Shown here one piece after another: positions 25,885-33,915 of a DNA stretch of 39,206 bases. The DNA is from Frankiaceae bacterium. Its GTDB lineage: Bacteria > Actinomycetota > Actinomycetes > Mycobacteriales > SCTD01. The position numbers and the translations under genes are program-made. Location: positions 1 to 39,206 of the forward strand of contig CANKBT010000002.1 in the NCBI GenBank assembly GCA_947479995.1, in the 5' to 3' direction. The notes under the pieces are model-generated. The model worked only from the letters and a program-made list of their open reading frames with translations, had not been told where the DNA came from and searched no databases. Each line of letters starts with the position of its first letter. Positions within the stretch are counted from its first letter, which is position 1.

Positions 25885-26088
25885 TCAGGACTCCTTCTCG
25901 GTCGCGGTGATGACGACCGGCACCCGGTGGGCGCCGGCGAGCGTGCGGAGCTGCTCGGCCTGCTCGGCGTTGACGTCGAGCGGCCTGCGGGTCAGGGGCG
26001 CGAGCCCCTTGATGCCGTGCTCGAAGCGGTCGTAGGGCGCCCGCACGGCAGCCGTGTGGCCCCCGGCGGTCGTCGTGGAGTCGGGCAT
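25885..26088 (-). CDS. small phage hypothetical protein (67 aa)
   Basis: AGGAGG RBS 4 nt before ATG 26088. Confidence 0.5.
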   Translation of the reverse strand: MPDSTTTAGGHTAAVRAPYDRFEHGIKGLAPLTRRPLDVNAEQAEQLRTLAGAHRVPVVITATEKES

Positions 26089-26154
26089 GGTGCCTCCTGG
26101 GCATGCCGAACAGCCCGGACGGTCCGGGTGCGGTCGTGCGGGTGCTCGCTGAGG

Positions 26155-26622
26155 TCAGCGGCGGGGGAGCGCGCGTGCCGGCTGCGGCCGGTCGACGGTG
26201 ATCCAGTAGCGGCAGCTGACGAGGGTGCGGCTGCGCTCGCGACGGAGGTAGCTGGGGGCGCCGCCCATCCGGCCGATGCGGCTGACGGTGCGGTGCCCGA
26301 TGAGCTCGTGGGGGCCGTCGGCGAGAACGGCGAGGTCGGCGGCCTGGGCGAGCGCCTCGGCGGACAGGGCGCGCTGCGTGTGGTCGTCGCCCGGGCGGGG
26401 GCCGCGGCCGCGGGCGAGGACTGTGACGGCGAGGGTGTCGAGCAGGCCGTCGGCCTCGAGGCCGGGGCCGCCGCTGACGGTCAAGCCGATGACCCGGTCG
26501 GGCATCGCGGGCAGCTCCTCGTCGCCGCGGTGCCACTCGTCGGGCAGCGGGACGGTGAGGCCTTCGTGCTCGCCGGGCCAGCGCTGCTGCAGCCAGGTGG
26601 CGAGGTCGCCGATCCAGAGCAC
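26155..26622 (-). CDS. tail terminator / tail completion-like protein
   Basis: 155 aa. Assigned by position between the head-tail connector genes and the major tail protein. Confidence 0.5.
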   Translation of the reverse strand: MLWIGDLATWLQQRWPGEHEGLTVPLPDEWHRGDEELPAMPDRVIGLTVSGGPGLEADGLLDTLAVTVLARGRGPRPGDDHTQRALSAEALAQAADLAVLADGPHELIGHRTVSRIGRMGGAPSYLRRERSRTLVSCRYWITVDRPQPARALPRR

Positions 26623-26623
26623 G

Positions 26624-27055
26624 TCAGCGGCCTCGTGCGCTGCGTCGGCGGCTCTTCTCGCGGAGCTGGGCGTCGCTCAGGCGCGGGACGGCGGCGGGGC
26701 GACTGTGCACGACAGCGCCGGCATCGACGACGGTGGTGGCGGCGCTGCGGCGCAGGTCGTTCTCGTCGAGCGGCGCGAGGACGGCGACGTCGTCTGCGAT
26801 GTCGCCCACGGCGTCGATCATCCCGGTGCGGATGCCGTCCCGCAACGTGCTGTCGGCGATGCGCCGGAAGCGCCGGTCCTGACGGGCGACGGTCGCGGTC
26901 TCGAGGTAGCGAGCTTGGCCGCCGCGCGGGTGGCTGAGCGACTCGTCGCGCTCCTGCACCTCGGCGTACCGCTGGTCGACCGTGGCCTTCCCGGCGAGCT
27001 GCCCGTCGCCGGTCTGTGCCTGCAGCACCCGGATCCGGTCACCGAAGGTGCCCAC
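26624..27055 (-). CDS. head-tail joining protein (HK97 gp10-like)
   Basis: 143 aa. Assigned by position and size; similarity call is from memory only. Confidence 0.45.
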   Translation of the reverse strand: MGTFGDRIRVLQAQTGDGQLAGKATVDQRYAEVQERDESLSHPRGGQARYLETATVARQDRRFRRIADSTLRDGIRTGMIDAVGDIADDVAVLAPLDENDLRRSAATTVVDAGAVVHSRPAAVPRLSDAQLREKSRRRSARGR

Positions 27056-27056
27056 G

Positions 27057-27539
27057 TCAGCGCCAGCCGAGGTCGTGCTGGCCGTAGCCGGCCGTCGGTA
27101 CGTGGGGGTCGGACTGGCCGCCGAAGAGCGCGCCCTCGTGCCAGGGGGCGTTCACGGCGCCGACCTCCCCGAGCGGCTCGGCCGGGGTGTCGCCCTGGGC
27201 CGGGGGGAGCGTGGCTCGCCCGACCGCGAGGTCGCGCAGCAGGGCGCGGGCGCGGTCGACGCGCAGCTGCACCGGGTCGCGGACGTCGAGGTCGACGTGC
27301 CGGCGGTGGGTGAGCGTCGCGTGCCAGACCGCCAGGTCGAGAGTGATGTCGCGGACGAGCTCCGGCACGGGCGCCGAGAACGGCACCGGGTAGCGCGAAC
27401 CGAGCGCGGCGTCAACCTCGGTCTGCGCCTTGCGGATCGCGAGACGAAGGTCGGTGTCGGCAAGGTCGGATGCCGTGCCGCCGACCTTCTGCGGGTCGAG
27501 CTCGGAGTGCACGTCGTGGGGCTCGAGGTAGCCGGGCAC
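27057..27539 (-). CDS. head-tail connector protein (DUF1320 / gp36-like)
   Basis: 160 aa from GTG 27539 with a GGAGG RBS. ...LRLAIRKAQTEVDAALGSRYPVPF...LVRDITLDLAVWHA... fits the DUF1320 pattern as I recall it. Confidence 0.5.
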   Translation of the reverse strand: MPGYLEPHDVHSELDPQKVGGTASDLADTDLRLAIRKAQTEVDAALGSRYPVPFSAPVPELVRDITLDLAVWHATLTHRRHVDLDVRDPVQLRVDRARALLRDLAVGRATLPPAQGDTPAEPLGEVGAVNAPWHEGALFGGQSDPHVPTAGYGQHDLGWR

Positions 27540-27567
27540 GTGGAGCCTCCGCGTTCGGTGGTGGTCG

Positions 27568-27604
27568 CCCCGTCGCCCCAGCCTCAAGGACCGGGGCGAC
27601 GGGG
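27568..27604 (-). other. intercistronic stem-loop (12-bp perfect stem) after the capsid block
   Basis: CCCCGTCGCCCC (27568-27579) and GGGGCGACGGGG (27593-27604) flank a 13-nt loop. Located between stop 27610 and the next RBS. Confidence 0.6.
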
Positions 27605-27609
27605 AGGGC

Positions 27610-27924
27610 TCAGGAGCGGGCGGCCTTGGGGGCCGTCGACTCCTGGGGCTCGGGCTGCGCCTTCGCCAGGGCCGCGTCGTACGCCGCCTGAGCCGCAGCA
27701 GCCGCCGCAGCGGCCTGCTCGGCCGCGAGCTTCTCGCGCTCGCCGGGCTTGACCACGGCGCCGGCCGCGACGAGCCGGCGGGCGTCCTCGACGTTGAGCT
27801 GCACGACGTCGCCCTTGCGGTGGCGCTTGTAGTCGTACGGCTCGCCGGGCTTGCTGACGGTCTCGTCCCAGGACTCGGCGACGAGCTCGTACTTGCCGGC
27901 CTTCAGCTCGCTGACGTCCGTCAC
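27610..27924 (-). CDS. phage hypothetical protein (head module, Ala-rich C-terminus)
   Basis: 104 aa. GTG 27924 overlaps the capsid stop (GTGA). It is the tail of track ORF 27610..28404. Confidence 0.55.
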   Translation of the reverse strand: MTDVSELKAGKYELVAESWDETVSKPGEPYDYKRHRKGDVVQLNVEDARRLVAAGAVVKPGEREKLAAEQAAAAAAAAQAAYDAALAKAQPEPQESTAPKAARS

Positions 27925-28856
27925 GCGGCACGCACGCCGGTGATCCAGCAGGCCGCCAGGGGCTGGTCGACCCCCATGACGCGCTTGCGGGTGCTGTCCG
28001 AGCGCCACGACTCGGTCGGGCCGCCGTTGGGGCCGCCGCCCTCGCCGTACAGCGGGGTGGCCTCGAGCGGGCGGGTGTCGCTGTAGAAGCCGACGGTGCC
28101 GCGCTCGAGCACGAGGACCTTGTTGCTCGAGAAGCTGTAGGACGTCAGCGGGTCGAGGCCCGCGATCTTCGTCGGCAGCTTGCCGGTGTACTCGATGTTC
28201 TCCGAGGACTGGCCGTCGCGGTAGACGCGGTTGAACTCCTCGTTGCCCTCGAGCACGGGCTCGATGTCGCCGGGCATGACGACCGTGTCGGCGCGGAAGC
28301 CGAAGCGGCTGTCGGCCGGGGCGCCGGCCGGTCGGGCGGAGGCGATCTGCTCCTTGGCCCGGGCGATGTCGCGGCGAATCTTGGCGGTCGCGCCGGCGTC
28401 CCACGCGGCGGTGGCCGCGACGGTCGGGATGCTCGGGTCGTCGAGCAGCGCGCGCAGGGCCCGCTCGTCGGCGCGGACGTGGGTGTTGCGCAGCTGCGTG
28501 ATCTGCCGGTTGACCGCGTCGACGTTGCCCTCGTCGCGCATCTCGCGCGAGACGCGGACGCCGAGGCCCTTCTTGATGCCGTAGGCCAGGCGGGGCAGGC
28601 CCATCTGGCCGGCGGCGACCGGGATCTCGGCGAACTCCGCCACGGCCTCGACGTCACCGTCGAGGTACAGCGGCGTGCTGCTGTGGAAGCTGACCAGGCC
28701 GTTGGTGTTCCGGCCGGCGTTGCGCAGCAGCGTCTCGCTGATGAACTGGTTGGCCAGCACGTCCAGGATGCGTGCCGGGATGAGGTACGGGTTGCCGACG
28801 AGGTCGGAGACCGTGGTGCGGGAACCGTCGCTGACGCTCAGCACGGGGGTGGTCAT
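27921..28856 (-). CDS. major capsid protein (HK97-fold type)
   Basis: 311 aa. Follows the protease/scaffold and decoration-like genes. Composition and length are typical of an MCP. Confidence 0.8.
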   Translation of the reverse strand: MTTPVLSVSDGSRTTVSDLVGNPYLIPARILDVLANQFISETLLRNAGRNTNGLVSFHSSTPLYLDGDVEAVAEFAEIPVAAGQMGLPRLAYGIKKGLGVRVSREMRDEGNVDAVNRQITQLRNTHVRADERALRALLDDPSIPTVAATAAWDAGATAKIRRDIARAKEQIASARPAGAPADSRFGFRADTVVMPGDIEPVLEGNEEFNRVYRDGQSSENIEYTGKLPTKIAGLDPLTSYSFSSNKVLVLERGTVGFYSDTRPLEATPLYGEGGGPNGGPTESWRSDSTRKRVMGVDQPLAACWITGVRAA

Positions 28857-28882
28857 GTGCGTGTCCTCTCGTGGTGGGCGGG

Positions 28883-29320
28883 TCAGACGGTCCGCATGAG
28901 ACCGACGGCAGCCGCGGCCACCCCGGAGGGGGCGGTGCAGGTGCCGACGATCGTGCGGGCGTCGGGGGTGGCGGCGGCCGGGGCGACCTGGCCGTTGGCG
29001 GTGGCGACGAGCTTGTCGCCGAAGGCGGCAGCGCCGCTGTAGGTCACGGGGACCTCGATGCCGCTGGTGGCGACGCCGACGGTGGTGGGCAGCAGCGCGG
29101 CGTTCAGCACCGGGCGGCCCTGGACGGTCGTCGGGGTGGTGACGACCGCCTCGGGGTTGATGGCGTCGGTGACCGCGACGCCGAGGACCTTCGTCGAGCC
29201 CGCGGCCGCGACGCCGATGCGACCGGAGCCGCGCGCCTCGACGAGCTGGCCGCCGGTGATGAACTCGGCCGGGGTGTAGGTGATCGGGCCGCTCTTGAAC
29301 TTCATGGGCACGCCGGGCAT
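28883..29320 (-). CDS. DUF2190-like head decoration/cement protein
   Basis: 145 aa, Gly/Ala/Val/Thr-rich and strand-rich, lying between the scaffold/protease and the MCP. Confidence 0.5.
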   Translation of the reverse strand: MPGVPMKFKSGPITYTPAEFITGGQLVEARGSGRIGVAAAGSTKVLGVAVTDAINPEAVVTTPTTVQGRPVLNAALLPTTVGVATSGIEVPVTYSGAAAFGDKLVATANGQVAPAAATPDARTIVGTCTAPSGVAAAAVGLMRTV

Positions 29321-29321
29321 G

Positions 29322-30503
29322 TCAGAAGCTCCAGTTCTTGTAGGTCTCGGAGGTCTTGACGGCCTCGAGCGTGGTCGGCTGGCTGGTGTCGACGCCGCGG
29401 CCGCTGCCCTGCTCGGCGGACAGGTCGACGGTGCCCTTGGCGGCGTCGAGCAGGTCGCGGATGACCGAGAACGGGTCGACGCTGGTGCCGTTGCTCAGGT
29501 CGATCTGGCCGGCCGCGGGGACCGACAGGACCGGCGCGGCCTTGTCGAGCAGGTGCGGCGGGACGCCGGCGGCGACCCAGTTCTGGCGCTCGTCGCGCCA
29601 GCGGGACTGCGCGACCGACAGCTCGAGCGCGGCGATGCGGGCGCGCTCGTCGCCGGCGAGCGGCGTGCTGAGCGACGCACCAACCGGCTCGGGGGCGGCG
29701 GGGGCGACCGGCTCGACGGGGGCGTCCTTGAGCAGGCCGTCGATGAAGGCGTTGAGCTGCTCGTCGGTCCAGCTGTCCGGGTCGTCGGGCAGCTCGTCGG
29801 CCTTCGGCGTCACGACGGGCGCGGCGGGCGCGGGCGGGGCGGTCACGACGACGGGCGCGGGCCCGGTCGTGATCGCCTCCTTCGGCGCCGGCGCGTCCGC
29901 CGGGGTCTTCTTGGCGAGGAGGGCCGCGAGGACCTTCTCCTCGTTCTCGGTCAGGGTCGCCATGTGGCTCTCCTCCTGGGTGATGGTGAACGCCTCGCCA
30001 GAGAGGTCGAGGACGGGTGTGGGGTCGCTGCTCAGGTCGACCGCCTGCCACGGGCCCATGCCGGTGACGCGCGGGTCGGCGGTGAGCAGGACGTGCTGCA
30101 GCGCCCGCGGCCAGGTGCGGCCGTCGGCGCGCTCGAGGGACTCGACGATGCGGGCGCTGACGCCGAGGCGGGGCATGCGCTCCACGAGCTCGGCGGCGTC
30201 GGGCGCCAGGTCGATCAGGCCGTACAGCCCGTCGTCGCGGACCTCGACGCGGCGGACCTCGCCGCGCATCCGCGTCGGGTCCATGTTGTGCGCGTTGGCC
30301 GGGTCGGCGAGGACGGCCGGGACCGCGTCGTACGCCTGCTCGTCGAAGGCGCGCGCCAGGTCGGTGAGGTACGGGCGGTCGAAGGTGAGCCGCCGGCCCT
30401 GGTAGGTGATGCCGCCCAGCGGCAGGATCTGCTTCCAGTACAGCCGGGCGCCCGCCTTGGCCGACGTGCTGTCGGTCCGCGGGGTGAGCAGCGCGCGGGT
30501 CAC
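29322..30503 (-). CDS. capsid maturation protease / scaffold fusion (Mu gpI-like)
   Basis: 393 aa. The N-terminal roughly 170 aa are protease-like (...VEVRDDGLYGLIDL...LGVSARIVE...ALQHVLLTADPRV...). A Pro/Ala-rich linker and a helical scaffold-like C-terminus follow. Confidence 0.6.
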   Translation of the reverse strand: MTRALLTPRTDSTSAKAGARLYWKQILPLGGITYQGRRLTFDRPYLTDLARAFDEQAYDAVPAVLADPANAHNMDPTRMRGEVRRVEVRDDGLYGLIDLAPDAAELVERMPRLGVSARIVESLERADGRTWPRALQHVLLTADPRVTGMGPWQAVDLSSDPTPVLDLSGEAFTITQEESHMATLTENEEKVLAALLAKKTPADAPAPKEAITTGPAPVVVTAPPAPAAPVVTPKADELPDDPDSWTDEQLNAFIDGLLKDAPVEPVAPAAPEPVGASLSTPLAGDERARIAALELSVAQSRWRDERQNWVAAGVPPHLLDKAAPVLSVPAAGQIDLSNGTSVDPFSVIRDLLDAAKGTVDLSAEQGSGRGVDTSQPTTLEAVKTSETYKNWSF

Positions 30504-31132
30504 GAGGCCCTCCTCATCGGCTTGCCGGCGGCGCGGAGCGCGTCGTACGCGCCGGGCCGGACGCCACGGGCGCGAGCGGCCTTGACCATGCGGCGCTTCT
30601 GCTCGGTCGTGAGCTTCGACAGGTCGAGGCCGCGGGTAGGCGTCGACAGCGCGACGGCGTCGTCGGCGGCGGCGCGCGAGGCCGGCACGACCTTGCCGGT
30701 GCGATCGACCGCGTGGCCTTTCGGCATGGGGTTGCGCGCCAGCCAGGCGGCGCGCTGGGCGGGCTCGAGTCGGTTCAGCGCGTCGGCGGTGTCCTTGGCC
30801 AGCTTCGCCTCGGCGCGCTCGGCGTCGCGCTTGGCCTTCTCGGCGGCCGCCGCGGCCTTGCGGTCGGCGGCCTTCTTGTCGCTGGCGGCCTTCTTCGACG
30901 CGGCCTTGCCGGCTGCGGCGGCCCGGCCGATGCTGCCGTCACGCAGCCCGTTGATCTGGCGCTTGGTGGCGTCGTTCAGGGAGCCGGTCTGCTGCAGTCC
31001 GCGGCGCTTCTGGAAGTCGCGGATCTGCTCCTCGGTCTTCTTCGACGTCGACGTGCTGCCGCTGGTGGTGCCGGACGCGGGAGCGAACTGGCCGCCCTGC
31101 GGGCTGCCGGCGGGCTGGTGGGTGACGGGCAT
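30500..31132 (-). CDS. head-module protein with a PG_binding_1-like motif and a Lys/Ala-rich coiled coil
   Basis: 210 aa from ATG 31132, the tail of track ORF 30500..31888. EEQIRDFQKRRGLQQTGSLNDATKRQI resembles the peptidoglycan-binding repeat. Confidence 0.55.
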   Translation of the reverse strand: MPVTHQPAGSPQGGQFAPASGTTSGSTSTSKKTEEQIRDFQKRRGLQQTGSLNDATKRQINGLRDGSIGRAAAAGKAASKKAASDKKAADRKAAAAAEKAKRDAERAEAKLAKDTADALNRLEPAQRAAWLARNPMPKGHAVDRTGKVVPASRAAADDAVALSTPTRGLDLSKLTTEQKRRMVKAARARGVRPGAYDALRAAGKPMRRAS

Positions 31133-31413
31133 CAGCGTGCTCCTGCCGCGCGGGCCTTGAGCGCTTCCCACTGCGCGAGCGCCTGGACGGCCTGCGCGCG
31201 GCTGCCGGCGTTGACGTTCTGCACGCCCGGGTAATTGAGGTCGCCGGTCGCGACGAAGCGCTTGACGATGTTGATCGCGACGGGGATCGCGCGGCTGATC
31301 GGCATGCCCTTGCGCTCGTGCAGAGCGACGGCGATGCGCTCGATGTACGGCGGCAGCCCGCCGCCGCGCTCCACCCAGTTGGCGCGTGGCGACCTGTCGA
31401 GCGCACCGGGCAT
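31132..31413 (-). CDS. conserved small phage head-module protein
   Basis: 93 aa. AAGGAG sits 7 nt before ATG 31413. ...NWVERGGGLPPYIERIA...AINIVKRF... looks like a recurrent actinophage family. Confidence 0.55.
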   Translation of the reverse strand: MPGALDRSPRANWVERGGGLPPYIERIAVALHERKGMPISRAIPVAINIVKRFVATGDLNYPGVQNVNAGSRAQAVQALAQWEALKARAAGAR

Positions 31414-32123
31414 CACGCGGCTCCTTCGGTCGGGGTGTCCTGCTGCTGCAGGTAGGCCGCGTAGGCCTCGTCGGTGCTGACGCGGGTGGCGTGCGCCGGG
31501 CCGGGCGTGCACCGGCAGGTCCCGCCGTGGCGGGTGCCGGGCCAGCCAGCGGCGGGCGGCCGGTCGGCGGTGAAGTTCGTGCGGTCCAGCGCGGCGCAGT
31601 CCGGCGTGGTGCGCGGGTCGCGGCGGGCGTACCAGCCGAGGACACGGCCGTGGTCGCGGGTGGCGACCTCAACGCGGGCGCCGGCGCGCATCCGGCGAGC
31701 CTGGGCGGCGGTGTGTGCGTCGTAGTGGCGACGCTCGGCCTCGACGGCGACCGCGAGGGACTGCGGGTTGTTCGCTGCGGCGGTGAGGCGGCGGGACGCG
31801 GCGAGCAGGTAGCGGGCGCGCATGCCGGGCTCGCCGGACAGCACCTGCGCGATGGGCTGCCGGTCGGCGTTCCGCGGGGTCGTCGCAACCTTGAGGCGCA
31901 GCGTGCGCGCTACGCGGGCCGGCGGCGACTGAGTGGCGAGGCGGACGGCGGCGGCCGCGGCGGCCGGGCTGACGCCGAGCGGCCCGAGCAGCGTGCGGAC
32001 CCGTGGGGTGAGGGCGGCGGCGCTGAAGCCGGCGGCGAGGAGCGCGGCGAGAGCGACGATCGCCCGGCGCTCGGCAGGCGTCGGCTCGGCGGGCTCGGTG
32101 TGCGGGGGCTGCGGGCTGGTCAC
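31413..32123 (-). CDS. head morphogenesis protein (SPP1 gp7 / Mu F-like)
   Basis: 236 aa. The C-terminal block DPRTTPDCAALDRTNF...GWPGTRHGGTCRCTP resembles the MuF C-terminal motif. GTGA overlap with the portal stop. Confidence 0.6.
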   Translation of the reverse strand: MTSPQPPHTEPAEPTPAERRAIVALAALLAAGFSAAALTPRVRTLLGPLGVSPAAAAAAVRLATQSPPARVARTLRLKVATTPRNADRQPIAQVLSGEPGMRARYLLAASRRLTAAANNPQSLAVAVEAERRHYDAHTAAQARRMRAGARVEVATRDHGRVLGWYARRDPRTTPDCAALDRTNFTADRPPAAGWPGTRHGGTCRCTPGPAHATRVSTDEAYAAYLQQQDTPTEGAA

Positions 32124-33529
32124 GCCGCTCGGGCGGCGTCGCGCGCGAGCACGAGACGTGCGGCGCGCTCGGTCGTGCGAGCCACCTGCGCGACCTGCTC
32201 GACCGGGCTGCTGTCGACGGTCGGTCGCTCAGGCTGCAGCGCCCGGCGGACCCGGTCGACGTCGAGCTCGAGGTACCCAGCCACCTTGACGATGAGCTGC
32301 TCGACGAACTCGGGCGGCACGACGCTGCGCTCGCTCGGGTCGGCGAGAGCCTGCAGCAGCTCGACGGTGGTGGCGAGGTCGACCTCGCGCAGCGGGGCGA
32401 AGCGCATGCGCGGCGAGGGGGCGTCGGCGCCGAAGTTCCAGCGGACGAGGTCGGCGACGAGGTAGGACGTGTTGGTCGCGGCGATCTCGCGCAGCACCGA
32501 GTCCCGGCCGGCGGTGAACAGGTCGGTGGCGTCGCGGCTCAGCGCGTAGGACCCGCCGCTCTTGCCGGGGTCGGTGAGGTTCGAGAAGCCGGCGAGGACG
32601 CTGGTGGCCTGCTCGGCGGACAGCCAGTCGAGCGCGGCCTGGAACTGGCTGGCGCCCTGGCCGTTGCTGTCGAAGGCCGCGAGCGACCAGCCGGCCGGGA
32701 GCGGCAGCACGCCACCGGAGCGCAGCCCGGCGGCCATCCGCCCCGCACGGTTCAGCTCGTCGGTCTGCTGCGGCGTCGCGTCGGTGGTGATGGTGCTGCT
32801 CGGGAACGACACGTTCTCGAGGAACTTCCACCACAGGAAGCGGATCTTGCGCTTCGTGTCCGCGATGAGCCATGTCAGCTCGAGGTCGGACGCGCCCCAC
32901 AGCGGGTTGCGGTGCTGGCCGTGGATGTAGACCAGCGAGCGCGGCGGGCCGAGGGTGACGGTCTGCGTGCCGGCGACGCGCTGCCCGCCGCGGCCGTCGT
33001 CCTCGACCTTCGGCACCTGCTGGCTGAAGCCGCGGTACGCGCCGGTGCGGACGTCGCGCTGCAGCGTGCACGTCGCCGCCGGGCGCCAGGCGATCTTGTC
33101 GTAGCCGACACGGCCATCAGGGGTGGCCCGCCAGACCTTCTCGAAGTACGCGCGGCGCTGCCAGACGGCGGCGGTCTGCTGCGCGAGGACCAGGTCGAGG
33201 GGGACGCCCATGCCGCCGGCGTTCGCCGGGCGGGTGAGGTGTTCGCGGACCCACTCGGTCTGGCCGCGGTCGCCGTCGGGCGCGTCGAACAGCGGCACCG
33301 CACCGCGCAGCGGCAGCGTCAGGGCCTGCTCGAGCATCGCGGCCTTGCCGTCGGTGGACAGCATCCGCTCGAGCTGCTCGACCGTCGGGGGCTTCCAGCC
33401 GTCGAGGCCCTCGTACGCCAGGTCCCAGCGGGCGTGTGCGTGCGGCTGGGCGCTGCCGGTCTCGCCGGCGTCGATGAGGTCGGCGGCGGTGCGGATGCGC
33501 TCGGCCGGGAGGCGGTCGGGCTGCGTCAT
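32120..33529 (-). CDS. portal protein
   Basis: 469 aa from ATG 33529 with a GGGAGGG RBS. First large gene after terL and directly upstream of the MuF-like gene. Confidence 0.8.
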   Translation of the reverse strand: MTQPDRLPAERIRTAADLIDAGETGSAQPHAHARWDLAYEGLDGWKPPTVEQLERMLSTDGKAAMLEQALTLPLRGAVPLFDAPDGDRGQTEWVREHLTRPANAGGMGVPLDLVLAQQTAAVWQRRAYFEKVWRATPDGRVGYDKIAWRPAATCTLQRDVRTGAYRGFSQQVPKVEDDGRGGQRVAGTQTVTLGPPRSLVYIHGQHRNPLWGASDLELTWLIADTKRKIRFLWWKFLENVSFPSSTITTDATPQQTDELNRAGRMAAGLRSGGVLPLPAGWSLAAFDSNGQGASQFQAALDWLSAEQATSVLAGFSNLTDPGKSGGSYALSRDATDLFTAGRDSVLREIAATNTSYLVADLVRWNFGADAPSPRMRFAPLREVDLATTVELLQALADPSERSVVPPEFVEQLIVKVAGYLELDVDRVRRALQPERPTVDSSPVEQVAQVARTTERAARLVLARDAARAA

Positions 33530-33557
33530 GGCTGCCCTCCCGAGCGATGTGGTTGGT

Positions 33558-33635
33558 CTCGACGGGGCGGCGGGGGTGTCGTGCCCGGCGAACCGCGGGG
33601 TGGGCGGTGGTGGGCGCGCGGGCCGCCCCGTCGAG
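33558..33635. repeat. 14-bp perfect inverted repeat CTCGACGGGGCGGC / GCCGCCCCGTCGAG enclosing a 50-nt G-rich loop
   Basis: Arms at 33558-33571 and 33622-33635, extendable by G.U pairs. Lies in the 215-nt non-coding gap upstream of the portal gene. Confidence 0.7.
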
Positions 33636-33643
33636 GTTTGAGT

Positions 33644-33660
33644 CCCTCGTTGTGCGAGGG
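33644..33660. other. hairpin CCCTCG-TTGTG-CGAGGG, whose 5' arm also pairs with CGAGG at 33632-33636
   Basis: CCTCG (33645-33649) can pair either upstream (CGAGG) or downstream (CGAGG of CGAGGG), so the two stems are mutually exclusive. Confidence 0.5.
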
Positions 33661-33744
33661 CGATGTGGCGACAGCCGGTCATAGAAGAAGCGGCTGGCGC
33701 CAAGGCGGCGATGCGCGGCGGCAACATCTGGCACCGTCGCCGCC

Positions 33745-33915
33745 ATGCCTCAGTTCAAGTACGAGTCCGAGAACCGCCCCGGCATGGGGACCTGGTACCG
33801 CTGGCACTGCAAGGAGTGCGGGCGCCGAGGCGACCTGAAGATCGACCGGCCGGTCGCCATGCGCGACGCGAAGGAGAGCCACGGCTACGGCCCGTGCCGG
33901 CAGTCGCGCATCTAG
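33745..33915 (+). CDS. small opposite-strand ORF (56 aa, Cys/His/Trp-containing) between terL and portal; absent from the ORF track
   Basis: MPQFKYESENRPGMGTWYRWHCKECGRRGDLKIDRPVAMRDAKESHGYGPCRQSRI. GC3 is about 95% with GC2 about 50% and a protein-like composition. The matching antisense frame has an early stop and is R/S-rich. No clear SD or -10. Confidence 0.45.
   Translation: MPQFKYESENRPGMGTWYRWHCKECGRRGDLKIDRPVAMRDAKESHGYGPCRQSRI

Noticed and set aside
10672-31160. Long plus-strand ORFs across the phage structural region (10672..12441, 12866..13996, 14536..15517, 18382..19524, 19328..20749, 21690..23693, 23745..24972, 29280..31160 and similar)
   Set aside because: All are antisense to a continuous, translationally coupled minus-strand gene array with RBSs and recognisable phage proteins. 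Their sequences are low-complexity G/A/R/D/V strings.
33631-33660. tRNA-like T-arm string GGTTTGAGTCC with flanking CGAGG/CCTCG, suggesting a tRNA gene or tRNA-derived att fragment
   Set aside because: The T-stem only pairs with an 8-nt loop. The complement of the would-be acceptor 3' strand (TTGTGCG), CGCACAA, is absent about 65 nt upstream, and I could not build D or anticodon arms. The position, in the middle of the late operon, is also wrong for an att site.
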